Shown piece by piece: positions 1 through 8,611 of a DNA stretch of 64,000 nt. The stretch lies in contig CAVUKB010000006.1 in NCBI GenBank assembly GCA_963741955.1, positions 384,001-448,000 on the forward strand, in the 5' to 3' direction. Within the stretch, counting starts at the first letter, position 1; every line of letters starts with the position of its first letter. The translations under genes and the position numbers were made by a program. This DNA is from an uncultured Acidobacteriota bacterium. Its GTDB lineage: Bacteria > Acidobacteriota > Thermoanaerobaculia > Gp7-AA8. The notes under the pieces are model-generated. The model saw nothing but the letters and a program-made list of their open reading frames with translations, had not been told where the DNA came from and searched no databases.

Positions 1-1365
1 AAGAAGGTCCATCGCCGTCCGCCTGAACGCGGAGAGGACATCCCGATGGATCCAGCGCCTCGGCTCCGCTTTCGGAACTTCAACCACTTCGGGGATCGAG
101 TCGCCGGCGAGCCGGGAGAGGAGCTCGTTCTGAAGAATCCCGGTGCGGACTTCGAGCTCGTCGACACCGAATCCTTCGATTCCGGCGAAGCGCGTGAGAA
201 GCGCAACCCGGGGCGGGAGAGCGTCGTGCTCGAGAGGCTCGAGAAGGCCGCTCCGGGTCCCGCGAGAGAGCTTCGAAAGGTGAGGATCCAGAATCACGCC
301 GCCGCCGATCGTGATGGATGGAGAGTAGCGTCGGATGACGAAGCGGTCACCGGAGACCGCGGTGACCGGCGACTCGAGCCGGATCTGGACCAGCCGGTCC
401 TCTCCCGCTGCGATGCTGTTCGCTTCTCCTTCCAGGAGCCGGACCGAGCCGAGGAGCTCGGCGGAGTACAGATGGAATCGAATCCGGGTCTGGTCTTTCA
501 GCGGCTTCGAATCGTCGAGAAGCTGGAGGCGCGCGGTGAGGATCTGCGAAGGACGGAGAGCTCCCGGCGTCGTGATCTGCTGTCCGCGCCTCAGTCGTTC
601 CAGAGGGACGTCCGCGAGATTGATGGACGTACGCTCCCCCGCCCTCGCTGTCTCGCGCGGCGCGCCGTGAACCTGGAGATTCCGGACCCGGCTCCCGAGC
701 CGGTCCGGGAGGATCTCGATCTCGGCGTCGGCGTCGACCGAGCCGCTGATCGTGGTTCCCGTCACCACCACTCCGAACCCCTTCAGAGTGAACACTCGAT
801 CGATCGGCAACCGGAAGACGCGGGTCGCGACATCCCTCTCCGGCGCATGGTCGAGCGATTCGATCATCGCTTCCCGAAGCTCGTCCACCCCCGAACCGGT
901 GACGCTGCTCACGGGGATGATCGGCGCACCCTCCAGGAAACTGCCGCGAACCAGTTCTTCGATCTCCAGACGCACGATCTCCACGATCTCAGGATCGACC
1001 AGATCGCTCTTGGTGATCGCGACGACGCCGGAAGGAATCCGGAGCAGACGGCAGATGGCGAAGTGCTCGCGTGTCTGCGGCTTGATCGACTCATCCGCGG
1101 CGACCACGAGAAGGACGCTGTCGATTCCCCCTACGCCTGCGAGCATGTTCTTCACGAAGCGCTCGTGACCGGGAACGTCGATGAACGAGATCTGCGTCTG
1201 CCCGGCCTGGAGACTGGCGAATCCGAGGTCGATGGTGATGCCACGGCGTTTCTCTTCGGGAAGGCGGTCGCAGTCGACTCCGGTCAGAGCGCGGACCAGA
1301 GCGGTCTTCCCATGGTCGATGTGCCCGGCAGTTCCGACGACTTTTCTCTTGTGCGTGTCCGGCAT
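1..1365 (-). CDS. selB: Selenocysteine-specific translation elongation factor (3' end runs off the window)
   Basis: Not in the ORF track. Manual translation of the minus strand from ATG at 1365 gives [50 protein letters not shown], the SelB G-domain signature. The + ORF 46..1470 is its shadow. Confidence 0.93.
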   Translation of the reverse strand, partial: MPDTHKRKVVGTAGHIDHGKTALVRALTGVDCDRLPEEKRRGITIDLGFASLQAGQTQISFIDVPGHERFVKNMLAGVGGIDSVLLVVAADESIKPQTREHFAICRLLRIPSGVVAITKSDLVDPEIVEIVRLEIEELVRGSFLEGAPIIPVSSVTGSGVDELREAMIESLDHAPERDVATRVFRLPIDRVFTLKGFGVVVTGTTISGSVDADAEIEILPDRLGSRVRNLQVHGAPRETARAGERTSINLADVPLERLRRGQQITTPGALRPSQILTARLQLLDDSKPLKDQTRIRFHLYSAELLGSVRLLEGEANSIAAGEDRLVQIRLESPVTAVSGDRFVIRRYSPSITIGGGVILDPHLSKLSRGTRSGLLEPLEHDALPPRVALLTRFAGIEGFGVDELEVRTGILQNELLSRLAGDSIPEVVEVPKAEPRRWIHRDVLSAFRRTAMDLL

Positions 1366-1546
1366 CCGGAGGAGAACGATAACAGGAAAGGCGGATTCGA
1401 AATGCAGAATTCGGAAGCGGCTATGGAGCGAGAACGCGTATCTTTAGAATCCAATATTGACGCATCCTAAAATAGACACTGAATTATATGGTGTATTAAA
1501 AATACCCGTTGTTCGCTTCGATTTCGAACCCTGAACGCCGACGTCC

Positions 1547-3028
1547 TCAGCCGCCCATCCAGCCCTTGATCTTCTGCCAGAGCGTAGGCTGTGCCGGAGG
1601 CTGCGGGGGGCGCACCGGCCGCTCGTCGCGGGCGGCCGTCCGTGTCGTCGCCGTCCGCTCCCCCTCGCGCCGTGATGCGGCTCGGTTCATCGCTGCCGCC
1701 ATTTCCCGGCGTCTCTCCTCTTCGGCGGTCTGGAGTGCGAACCAGGCCCGGTCCCGCAGATTCTTCGCCACCGGACTCTCCGGATAGAGAGCGAGATACG
1801 CATCCATCCGCCGGACCGTCTCCGCGAACTGATGCGATTCATACAGGACCTTCGCGTCGCGAAGTGCGTTCTGCTTCTGCTGCGCCTCCAGAATCTGAGC
1901 CGCGGTCATGTCCGCGCGAGGTGTCGAATCGATCCTCGGAATGATCCAGCCGATGGGGACGGCGAGGCCGGCGAGCAGCACCAGAATGACCAGCACTCCG
2001 ATCAGCGTCGGAACCTGCCGGTGGAAAAGCTTTCGTCGTTTTCGCGCGTGCTCGGCATGAGCGAGCGCGGAGATCGGCGTGGTCGGAGTTTCCTCGGCGG
2101 GACGGATCTCGATCCGCGGGAGATCGATCTCTGCCTCCTCGCCCCTTTCGCTACGCGGCAGGTGCGTTTCGATCAGCCGCCGGAGCTCCCGCGCGGCGTC
2201 GGCTGCCGTGTCGAAGCGGTCCTCCGGTGCCTTTGCGAGGAGCTTCCCGAGAAACTCGGATACCCATCCGGGAACCTGAGGCGCGAGCGCACGGATGTTC
2301 CGCGGCGGCAGATTCACCACGTTGTACAGAACGTCGGTGATCAGGTCGCCCCCGAACGGCTTCTCGCCGGAGAGCATCTCGTAGAGGACGACGCCGGTGG
2401 AAAAGAGGTCTGCTCTTCCGTCGAGCGGTTTACCGCTGATCCGCTCCGGAGCCATGTAGTGCGGCGTCCCGAGGATCTGATCGACGTCGGTGACTTCCCC
2501 GTCATGACTTCGCACCGCGCGCGCAATTCCGAAGTCGGTGATCTTCGCGACGCCGTCGCGGGTCACCATCACGTTCGCCGGCTTGATGTCGCGATGGATC
2601 ACGCCGCGGTCGTGAGCGTACGCCAGTCCCTGCAGGAGGCCGAGCGCAATCCTCGCTGCTGCGTCCACCGGGAGTCGCCCGACGCGCTGGAGAAGGCCGA
2701 GCAGGGACTCGCCGTCGACGTACTCCATGGCGAGCCAGTGAATCCGGCCTCCTTCGTAGCCGACTTCGTACAGAGTGACGATGTTCGGATGATGGAGGGA
2801 TCCGCAGAGCTCCGCTTCACGACGGAAACGGCGGATGAATACCTGTTCGGCTTCCGGGTCGCTCTCCGGCCCGAGACGCCGCTGCACCGTCTTGAGCGCG
2901 GCGTGGCGCCCGATGCGAAGGTCGCGTGCGAGATAGACGACTCCCATCGCGCCCTTCCCGATCGGACGTTCGATCTCGAAGTGGTCATAGAGAAGGGCTT
3001 GAGGTTCCGTCGGCATGCTCACACTCAT
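1547..3028 (-). CDS. Hanks-type Ser/Thr protein kinase with one TM helix and a short helical C-terminal domain
   Basis: IGKGAMGVVY, AALK, HRDIKPAN, DFG and GTPHYMAPE motifs; TM segment LIGVLVILVLLAGLAVPIGWII. Confidence 0.93.
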   Translation of the reverse strand: MSVSMPTEPQALLYDHFEIERPIGKGAMGVVYLARDLRIGRHAALKTVQRRLGPESDPEAEQVFIRRFRREAELCGSLHHPNIVTLYEVGYEGGRIHWLAMEYVDGESLLGLLQRVGRLPVDAAARIALGLLQGLAYAHDRGVIHRDIKPANVMVTRDGVAKITDFGIARAVRSHDGEVTDVDQILGTPHYMAPERISGKPLDGRADLFSTGVVLYEMLSGEKPFGGDLITDVLYNVVNLPPRNIRALAPQVPGWVSEFLGKLLAKAPEDRFDTAADAARELRRLIETHLPRSERGEEAEIDLPRIEIRPAEETPTTPISALAHAEHARKRRKLFHRQVPTLIGVLVILVLLAGLAVPIGWIIPRIDSTPRADMTAAQILEAQQKQNALRDAKVLYESHQFAETVRRMDAYLALYPESPVAKNLRDRAWFALQTAEEERRREMAAAMNRAASRREGERTATTRTAARDERPVRPPQPPAQPTLWQKIKGWMGG

Positions 3029-3096
3029 GATCCGACCGCTGCGCTTCTATGGCAAGCGCCCGATGCCGATCTCGCCTGAGGATTTGATGCCAGCTT

Positions 3097-3930
3097 TCAT
3101 CCCACCGAAGGGAAGCGCTCCGGATATTGAGATATCAGCTGGGGGGGAATCTCCGGGGTTCCCCCGAGGGCCTTTTCCAGCTCGAGGGCATTGACGATCG
3201 CCTGGCCGCGAAAGTGGTTGTTCGTGATCACGTAGACGTCGGCGTCCCGCGACATCGACTCCACCCGCTCGACCCACGGCTCGAGCTCCCCGGCCGAGTA
3301 AAGATAGTCGTACCGTTCCCACGATTCGGAATGGGCGAACCATTTCTGGTAATTCCGGCCGTGGAGGCGTGCATAGCCGAGGCCTCCCGTCACGACGCTC
3401 GACGGCCGCACCGAATCGCTGAACAGAGGCTGGTCGATGTTGACGAATCCCGTCTTGTGCTCGTCGAGGAAGCGGTAGAAGCGGTCGTTCTGGAACGAGG
3501 CATGGCGTACCTCGACCGCCTTCGGATAGTCGTCGAACGTCTCCAGAATCCCGCTGAGGCGTTCCTCGGCCGAGCCGTCTTCCTTGAAACTCCAGGGAAA
3601 CTGCACCAGGAGGGCGCCGAGCCGCCCGTTCTCCTGGAGCGGATCGAGGAAGTCGCGGAACTCCTTTGCGTCATTCGCGGCGGCTGATTCCTCATGTGTG
3701 AAGCCGCGGTAGAGTTTCACCGTGAAGCGGAAGTCGGGATTCCCTCCGACCCGCCGGATCCAGCTTTTCGCGTGTCCCACAGGGGGAATCCTGTAGAACG
3801 ACGAGTTGACTTCAATGGTTCCGAAGAAGTGCGCGAGGTAGGCGAGGTGGTCGAATCGCGACCCGTGGGGAGGGTAGACCACTCCCTCCCAATCCTTGTA
3901 GCTCCAACCTGCGGGTCCGATGCGGATCAT
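3097..3930 (-). CDS. DUF72 family protein
   Basis: MIRIGPAGWSYKDWEGVVYP, IEVNSSFY, EVRH, RLHGRN, YDYLYS motifs. Start trimmed to ATG 3930. Confidence 0.9.
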   Translation of the reverse strand: MIRIGPAGWSYKDWEGVVYPPHGSRFDHLAYLAHFFGTIEVNSSFYRIPPVGHAKSWIRRVGGNPDFRFTVKLYRGFTHEESAAANDAKEFRDFLDPLQENGRLGALLVQFPWSFKEDGSAEERLSGILETFDDYPKAVEVRHASFQNDRFYRFLDEHKTGFVNIDQPLFSDSVRPSSVVTGGLGYARLHGRNYQKWFAHSESWERYDYLYSAGELEPWVERVESMSRDADVYVITNNHFRGQAIVNALELEKALGGTPEIPPQLISQYPERFPSVG

Positions 3931-4003
3931 CGATGCGCGTTCCGGCAACCGCTGGCCGATGATCGGACGGCGAGGCAAGTTATTGTCAGTACTCTCATTT
4001 TCG

Positions 4004-4032
4004 TTGCTCTGCATTGAAAAAATATGCTAAAA
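4004..4032 (+). promoter_or_regulatory. Putative sigma70 promoter with extended -10 for the zinc-ribbon gene
   Basis: TTGCTC ... TGcTAAAAC in an AT-rich patch about 190 nt upstream of ATG 4223. Confidence 0.4.
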
Positions 4033-4222
4033 CCCTGACACAACGTCACGAAAATTGAGACACACGGTGGACCTTGAACCAAGCGGAAACTCGGAAGGGG
4101 GAGTGATTATCGACTCCACTCGGGAAATTTCTGTCATTGGCGGGGGAAGATACGTCGCGGCACCCCGCACGCGCTGACGCTGCGGCCAATCAGGTTTTAC
4201 GACTTTAGGAGATCAGATTTCC

Positions 4223-4540
4223 ATGGATACCAGTTTTTCGGACAAGACCCTTAGCTGCGTGGAGTGCGGGGGCGATTTCATCTTCTCCCGGAACGAACAG
4301 GCCTTTTATGCGGAGCGCGGATTCACCAATGAGCCGAAGCGCTGCAAGAACTGCCGCGACAAGAGGAAGACTTCCCGGGACGGTGGCGGCGGATCGCGCG
4401 AGCGCGTGATGGTCACCGTGACGTGCGACAGCTGTGGTGTCAGCACCGAAGTGCCGTTCACCCCCGTCAGCGGAAAGCCGGTCTACTGCCGCGATTGCTA
4501 CAACCAGCGCCGTCAGTCCCGCCCGAGCTCTTACGCCTGA
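4223..4540 (+). CDS. Zinc-ribbon / CxxC-x17-CxxC domain protein
   Basis: CVEC...CKNC and CDSC...CRDC pairs, EQAFYAERGFTNEPKRC, VPFTPVSGKPVYC; RBS AGGAG. Confidence 0.9.
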   Translation: MDTSFSDKTLSCVECGGDFIFSRNEQAFYAERGFTNEPKRCKNCRDKRKTSRDGGGGSRERVMVTVTCDSCGVSTEVPFTPVSGKPVYCRDCYNQRRQSRPSSYA

Positions 4541-4560
4541 TCAAGAGCGACAGTCATCGA

Positions 4561-4594
4561 GAAACGGCGAGCTTCGGCTCGCCGTTTTCGTTTT
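4561..4594 (+). terminator. Intrinsic terminator
   Basis: aaacggcgagc-TTCG-gctcgccgttt followed by T runs; cUUCGg tetraloop. Confidence 0.85.
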
Positions 4595-4622
4595 CCACTT
4601 TTCCCCAGCGCACCGTCCGTCC

Positions 4623-4651
4623 TTGAATTGACCTCTCCCGGACACTAGAAT
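4623..4651 (+). promoter_or_regulatory. Sigma70 promoter
   Basis: TTGAAT-17 bp-TAGAAT directly before the cysteine synthase family gene. Confidence 0.65.
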
Positions 4652-5623
4652 GTGCGCGCTTTGCTCAACCTGCGCCCCCCCGCTCCGTCCATCCTCGATC
4701 TGGTCGGCAATACGCCCATGGTCGAGTTGCGCCGTGTCGTGCCACCGGGCTCGGCACACATCTTCGTCAAGCTCGAGTTCCTGAGTCCGGGGGGATCGGT
4801 CAAAGACCGCATCGGCGTCGGAATGATCCGCGCCGCTGAAGAGGCGGGACTGATCTCGCCGGGTGCGACCCTGATCGAGCCGACCGCCGGCAATACCGGC
4901 GTCGCTCTGGCACTCGCCGGCGTTCAACTCGGGTACCGGGTGATGCTGGTGGTTCCCGAAAACTTCTCGGTCGAAAAACGGGAGCTGATGAAAGCCCTCG
5001 GAGGTGAAGTCGTCCTCACTTCCGCCGACGACGGAATGAAAGGCGCCATCGACAAGGCGCAGGAGCTTTCACGATCGATCCCCGGTTCGTGGGTGCCGCA
5101 GCAGTTCCGCAACCGTTTCAACAGCGACGCGCATTACCGGACCACCGGACCCGAGATCTGGGAGCAGCTCGCCGGCAAGGTCGACGGGTGGGTCGCGGGC
5201 GCCGGGACCGGTGGAACGTTCACCGGGACGGCGCGCTATCTGAAAGAGCAGAATCCCGAGCTGCACGCAGTAGTCGTCGAGCCTCAGGGCTCGGTGTTCC
5301 AGGGAGGCGACGCGGGTCCGCACGAGGTGGAGGGAATCGGATCTTCGTTCATCCCCGACGTTCTCGACCTCGATCTCGCCAGCGACGTGATCATGGTTCC
5401 GGATCCTCCTGCGTTTGCGATGGTGGCACGACTGGCGCGAGAGGAAGGGATTCTGAGCGGCTCATCGGGAGGTGCGAACGTCGTGGCTGCACTGCAACTC
5501 GCCGCGAAGCTCGGAGAGGGAAGGAATGTCGTGACCCTGATCCCCGACAGCGCAGAGCGTTATCTTTCGAAACAGATCTTCACCAGATGGGCCGCAGAGG
5601 GCGAAGCGGACCCCACGGAGTAG
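4652..5623 (+). CDS. Cysteine synthase family protein, MccA-like O-acetylserine-dependent cystathionine beta-synthase
   Basis: KLEFLSPGGSVKDR (PLP Lys), EPTAGNTG, GAGTGGT; directly upstream of a cystathionine lyase. True start may be TTG 4661. Confidence 0.88.
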   Translation: MRALLNLRPPAPSILDLVGNTPMVELRRVVPPGSAHIFVKLEFLSPGGSVKDRIGVGMIRAAEEAGLISPGATLIEPTAGNTGVALALAGVQLGYRVMLVVPENFSVEKRELMKALGGEVVLTSADDGMKGAIDKAQELSRSIPGSWVPQQFRNRFNSDAHYRTTGPEIWEQLAGKVDGWVAGAGTGGTFTGTARYLKEQNPELHAVVVEPQGSVFQGGDAGPHEVEGIGSSFIPDVLDLDLASDVIMVPDPPAFAMVARLAREEGILSGSSGGANVVAALQLAAKLGEGRNVVTLIPDSAERYLSKQIFTRWAAEGEADPTE

Positions 5624-5627
5624 CCTG

Positions 5628-6770
5628 ATGGCATTTTCTACCGATTGCATTCATGCCGGCCAGGAGCCGGAACCGACCACCGGTGCGGTCTCCGTACCGA
5701 TCTTCCAGACCTCGACTTACGTTCAGCCTCGTCTGGGCGAGCACAAAGGCTACGAGTACGCGCGGACGAAGAACCCCACCCGCTCAGCGCTCGAAGCGAA
5801 TCTCGCCGTCCTCGAGCGGGGACGTAACGGACACTGTTTCGCTTCCGGTATGGCGGCGATCGACACGCTCCTCCGTCTCCTCCGCAGCGGCGACCACGTC
5901 ATCGCCGCCGAGAACATGTACGGCGGCACGTTTCGCCTGTTCGACAAGGTCCTGACGAAGTACGGTCTCGAGTTCACCTACGTCGACACGTCGAATCCGG
6001 AGGAGATCGAGAACGCGCTGCGCCCGTCGACGCGGCTCGTCTATCTCGAGACTCCTACCAACCCGATGATGACTCTCACCGACATCCGGGCGGCCGCGGA
6101 TATCGTGCGCGGGAAAAACATTCTTCTCGCCGTCGACAACACGTTCTGCTCTCCCTATCTGCAACGACCGATCGAGCTCGGTGCCGACGTCGTCGTTCAC
6201 TCCACGACCAAGTTTCTCAACGGCCATTCGGATTCGGTCGGAGGTGCGGTGATCACGAACTCCGACGAGTTGGGAGAGACGATCGGTTTTCTGCAGAACG
6301 CAGTCGGAGCGATTCTCTCGCCGATGGATTCGTTCCTCGTGCTTCGCGGAATCAAGACTCTCGCCGTCCGGATGGAGCGGCACAATTCGAACGGCGTGGC
6401 CATCGCTCAGTACCTCGAGAACCATCCGAAGGTGATGAAAGTCTATTACCCCGGCCTCGATTCGCATCCGCAGCACGAGCTGGCGAAAAGGCAGATGAGC
6501 GGATTCGGCGGAGTGATCTCGTTCGAGCTCGGCTCGAAGGAGAACGCCGCCAGTTTCCTCAACCGCGTGCGTCTCTGCTCGCTGGGTGAATCGCTCGGCG
6601 GTGTGGAGACGCTGATCTCGCATCCCGAGTCGATGACGCACGCGTCGGTGCCTCCGGAGGTGCGTACGCGACTGGGGATCACCCCGGGGCTGGTGCGCAT
6701 CTCGGTCGGGATCGAAGACGTCGAAGATCTCGTCTCGGACATCGATTCCGCCCTCCAGACGGTGGACTGA
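5628..6770 (+). CDS. Cystathionine gamma-lyase/synthase (MccB/MetB family)
   Basis: PIFQTSTY, YEYARTKNPTR, ETPTNP, DNTF, HSTTKFLNGHSD, SLGGVETL motifs. Confidence 0.92.
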   Translation: MAFSTDCIHAGQEPEPTTGAVSVPIFQTSTYVQPRLGEHKGYEYARTKNPTRSALEANLAVLERGRNGHCFASGMAAIDTLLRLLRSGDHVIAAENMYGGTFRLFDKVLTKYGLEFTYVDTSNPEEIENALRPSTRLVYLETPTNPMMTLTDIRAAADIVRGKNILLAVDNTFCSPYLQRPIELGADVVVHSTTKFLNGHSDSVGGAVITNSDELGETIGFLQNAVGAILSPMDSFLVLRGIKTLAVRMERHNSNGVAIAQYLENHPKVMKVYYPGLDSHPQHELAKRQMSGFGGVISFELGSKENAASFLNRVRLCSLGESLGGVETLISHPESMTHASVPPEVRTRLGITPGLVRISVGIEDVEDLVSDIDSALQTVD

Positions 6771-6841
6771 CGGGCTCGCTGATTCGAACGCCGCAATCCG
6801 CCTCCCGCATCCCGCAAATCGGCTGAAGTAGAATGACCGCG

Positions 6842-7489
6842 ATGTCGTTTCTGCCACTCGCACTGATCGTCGTTTCCTACCTGCTCGGATCGATTCCGTT
6901 CAGCTTCATCATCGTCTGGATCCTCGAGCGGGACGACATTCGCCTGCACGGGAGCGGCAACGTCGGAGCGACGAACGTGATGCGAAACTTCGGCCGCCTT
7001 CCGGGTGCAATCGCGCTGGTGCTCGACATCGCAAAAGGTTGGGTCGCGGTCGAGGTGGCCCGAATGGTCACCGTCCAAACGGAGTGGCCGTGGCGCTACA
7101 GTGGCGCAGCGAGCGACTGGATGCACGCTCCGAGCTTCTGGATCGGACTGGCGGCGCTGGTGGCGGTGCTCGGTCACATGTACCCGGTGTGGCTCGGCTA
7201 CCGCGGAGGCAAAGGAGTCGCCACCGCAACCGGAGTTTTCCTGGCCATGCAGCCGGCGGTGATCGCCGTCGCGGCAGTGGTTTTCGTGATCACGCTCATC
7301 GCGACCCGTTACGTTTCGCTCTCGTCGATCGTGGCGGCAGTGGCGGTGCCGGTCCTGCTGAGATTCTTCACCGGATCGACATTCTGGATCGTCTTGTTCT
7401 CGATCCTGATCTCGGTGATCATCGTGATCCGGCATCGTGCGAACATCGCCCGGATCGTGAATGGCGAGGAGCGGAAATTTCCGCGCTGA
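6842..7489 (+). CDS. plsY: Glycerol-3-phosphate acyltransferase
   Basis: YLLGSIPF, GSGNVGATN, GHMYP...GGKGVAT, RHRANIAR. ATG 6842 lies 7 nt after TAGAAT. Confidence 0.93.
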   Translation: MSFLPLALIVVSYLLGSIPFSFIIVWILERDDIRLHGSGNVGATNVMRNFGRLPGAIALVLDIAKGWVAVEVARMVTVQTEWPWRYSGAASDWMHAPSFWIGLAALVAVLGHMYPVWLGYRGGKGVATATGVFLAMQPAVIAVAAVVFVITLIATRYVSLSSIVAAVAVPVLLRFFTGSTFWIVLFSILISVIIVIRHRANIARIVNGEERKFPR

Positions 7490-7504
7490 GCCGAGGGAGG
7501 GATC

Positions 7505-8521
7505 GTGAGGATATCGGTCATCGGAGCAGGATCCTGGGGCTCGGCTCTCGCCGAACTGGCGAGCCGCTGCGGTCATGAAGTGAGTCTGTGGGCTCACGAT
7601 CCGAAGGTTGCCGAGGCCATCCTGCAGACGCGGAGCAATCCTTTCTATCTTCCGGGAGTGGAGTTCTCGCCACGGGTGAGAGTGACCAATTCGATCGAGG
7701 AGGCCGCCGTCTTCTGCGATCTGATCATGATGGTGACGCCGAGTCACTGCTACCGCGACGTCCTCTCTCAGCTCGAGCCACATCTCCACGGTGGCGTGCG
7801 GGTCATCTCCGCGACCAAAGGAATCGAGAACGAGACGCTGCTCCGCATCTCCCAGATCACGGCTGAAGTCCTCGGCGAGAAGACCGGCGCGTTCGCGACG
7901 CTCTCCGGTCCGACCTTCGCCCTGGAGCTCTCCCGGCAGGACCCGACGGCGGCAGTGATCGCGTCGACCAGCGAAGCGTTTGCCACCGAGATGCAGAAGG
8001 CGCTCTCACACCGCTTCTTCCGTCTTTACCGCAGCGACGACGTGACCGGGGTGGAGTTCGGCGGTTCGCTGAAGAACGTGATCGCCATCGCGTCCGGCGT
8101 CATCGAAGGAATCGGGTTCGGGAGCAATACCACTGCGGCCCTCATCACCCGCGGGCTTCACGAGATCCGGCGTCTGGGTATCGCTCTCGGCGGCCGACCT
8201 GAAACGTTCGCCGGCCTGGCGGGACTGGGTGACCTGGTGCTCACCTGTACCGGTGCGCTCTCCCGGAACCGTGCGGTCGGCATCGACCTCGGCCAGGGAA
8301 AATCGCTGGAACAGATTCTCGCCCGCACCCGTACGGTGGCGGAAGGGGTGAAGACCAGCCGGTCCGCACATCACCTGGCCGAGAGCCATGGGATCGAGAT
8401 GCCGATCATCGGCGAGATGTACAGAGTACTTTACGATCACGAATCACCTCGTGATGCGATCAATCGCCTGATGACTCGCGCGTTGAAGTCCGAGGTGGAG
8501 CATCTCGACGTCAATTCGTGA
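7505..8521 (+). CDS. gpsA: NAD(P)H-dependent glycerol-3-phosphate dehydrogenase
   Basis: GAGSWGSALA, TKGIE, SGPTFA, LKNVIAI, GDLVLTC...SRN motifs. Confidence 0.95.
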   Translation: MRISVIGAGSWGSALAELASRCGHEVSLWAHDPKVAEAILQTRSNPFYLPGVEFSPRVRVTNSIEEAAVFCDLIMMVTPSHCYRDVLSQLEPHLHGGVRVISATKGIENETLLRISQITAEVLGEKTGAFATLSGPTFALELSRQDPTAAVIASTSEAFATEMQKALSHRFFRLYRSDDVTGVEFGGSLKNVIAIASGVIEGIGFGSNTTAALITRGLHEIRRLGIALGGRPETFAGLAGLGDLVLTCTGALSRNRAVGIDLGQGKSLEQILARTRTVAEGVKTSRSAHHLAESHGIEMPIIGEMYRVLYDHESPRDAINRLMTRALKSEVEHLDVNS

Positions 8522-8611
8522 GTGCGCGCGAACGCGGGCATGCCTGCTGCTCCCGCAGTTCACTGCACACTGATTTACGATTCGCAGCGGCGATTGCTCC
8601 GAGTTACGAAT

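Noticed and set aside
46-1470. 474-aa plus-strand ORF
   Set aside because: Antisense shadow of selB; no recognisable motifs.
1478-1496. NrdR box
   Set aside because: Only half resembles the consensus, spacing is wrong, and no ribonucleotide reductase gene is adjacent.
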